A model generated the notes under the pieces. It ran no database searches and was not told where the DNA came from. It saw only the letters and a program-made list of their open reading frames with translations. This document shows, piece by piece, positions 16,317-18,878 of a stretch of DNA of 18,878 bases. A program made the translations under genes and the position numbers. The number at the start of each line of letters is the position of its first letter. Within the stretch, counting starts at the first letter, position 1. Source of the DNA: Promethearchaeota archaeon (GTDB lineage Archaea > Asgardarchaeota > Lokiarchaeia > Sigyniarchaeales > SOKP01); contig JBHLMP010000061.1 in assembly GCA_048938025.1 (NCBI GenBank), forward strand, positions 1 to 18,878, written 5' to 3'.

Positions 16317-17279
16317 TTAACGCTTAATTTTCTCTGGGAGATAAAAATCATATTTTTTTCTAAATAATTTTGTTTTAATGAACCTGTCAAATCTTCTTGC
16401 ATTTTGAAATATGGTCCATATCATTTTATCATTTTTATAATATTTCTCTACTTCTTCTAATGTAATTGGTTCAATTTCAAACTCTTTAGCTTCCTCATTG
16501 AAAAATCTGTTTACTCTTTTAATTATCCTTGGAATGATTTCTTGTTTTTGTTCTTTAAAGAAGTTAGCAATTAAGTCGATTGTTACTAACCTCCAATCAT
16601 AATAACGATCAAGAACTTCTTGTACAAACAAAGCTTTTAAAATAAATCTTAAAAATGAGGGTGCACTTCTAAGTAACAATTCAGCTTCCATTGCCTCCAC
16701 GTTTTGTTTGCGAAATAATGGAGTACTGGTATCTAAATATAATAATTTAGAATTTTCATTTACATTTGGGCTGATAGCATCATAATCAGCTACCACAAAA
16801 TTAGAAATTTGTCCATCTAATCCGAGATCGATATTTTCATTGTTTCTATTAAAATCCCATACTTTTTTCATATCTCTCATTACAAGAAGAATTAGGATTT
16901 CTATTTTATCATCACTTATGTTATGAATGACTTTATTTCCAACTGCTTCTGGATCAACTATTTGTTGTGTACAGTAAAATTTAATTTCACCTAATTCATC
17001 TTTGAACCAAACTATACCATGGTTAGGTAAAGTAAATCCAATTTCTTTTTCAAGAATTCTGCAATATTCATCATAAGCCCAGACATGTCTTCTCACTTCT
17101 TTCTCATTATAAAAAATTGGAATTCTCTTATATGCTAAATTCAATGGATCATCGAGGATTTTAAAAACTAAACTGATTTCTCCAAATCCTAATATTTTAA
17201 TGGGTATTTTACCTTTTTCTGGATGAATAGTATCTATTGACTTTTCGAATTCTTTTAGTAATTCAATGTTAACATTCAT
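16317..17279 (-). CDS. Hypothetical protein with protein-kinase-like motifs (possibly DUF6206)
   Basis: LGFGEISLVF, AYKR, GLDGQISNFVV and LYLDTSTP; family name recalled from memory, not verified. Confidence 0.6.
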   Translation of the reverse strand: MNVNIELLKEFEKSIDTIHPEKGKIPIKILGFGEISLVFKILDDPLNLAYKRIPIFYNEKEVRRHVWAYDEYCRILEKEIGFTLPNHGIVWFKDELGEIKFYCTQQIVDPEAVGNKVIHNISDDKIEILILLVMRDMKKVWDFNRNNENIDLGLDGQISNFVVADYDAISPNVNENSKLLYLDTSTPLFRKQNVEAMEAELLLRSAPSFLRFILKALFVQEVLDRYYDWRLVTIDLIANFFKEQKQEIIPRIIKRVNRFFNEEAKEFEIEPITLEEVEKYYKNDKMIWTIFQNARRFDRFIKTKLFRKKYDFYLPEKIKR

Positions 17280-17341
17280 ATTATATCAATTTAGTATTAA
17301 ACAATATTTATTAAACTTAATTTAACATTAAGTTTATTTAA

Positions 17342-18878
<1,537 letters not shown>

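Overview
This is an AT-rich archaeal window that looks like Asgard archaea (Lokiarchaeia/Promethearchaeota-like). The lineage is inferred from an archaeal-type uS13-uS4-uS11 cluster, a Rab-like small GTPase, an archaeal histone with a Lys-rich N-terminal tail and UGA-containing redox genes. The main signal is hidden by the ORF track. The fragments between 3112 and 5568 (minus strand) are two intact genes, hdrA (665 aa) and mvhD/vhuD (145 aa). Each has two in-frame TGA codons exactly where the family has Fe-S cysteines, so four selenocysteines are predicted. A SECIS/kink-turn-like hairpin overlaps the mvhD TGA stop, and an FrhB-family (F420-binding) gene with an extra N-terminal domain follows. 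serS and a CofC-like F420 biosynthesis gene lie nearby. The rest contains TrmB divergent from the histone (palindrome-rich spacer), HIT, DUF2299-like, DUF211-like, HAD, ThpR, a 2-hydroxyacid dehydrogenase, a kinase-like hypothetical protein and a partial GH2 beta-galactosidase. No RNA genes, CRISPR arrays or mobile elements were recognised. All family assignments come from motif recognition, not database searches.
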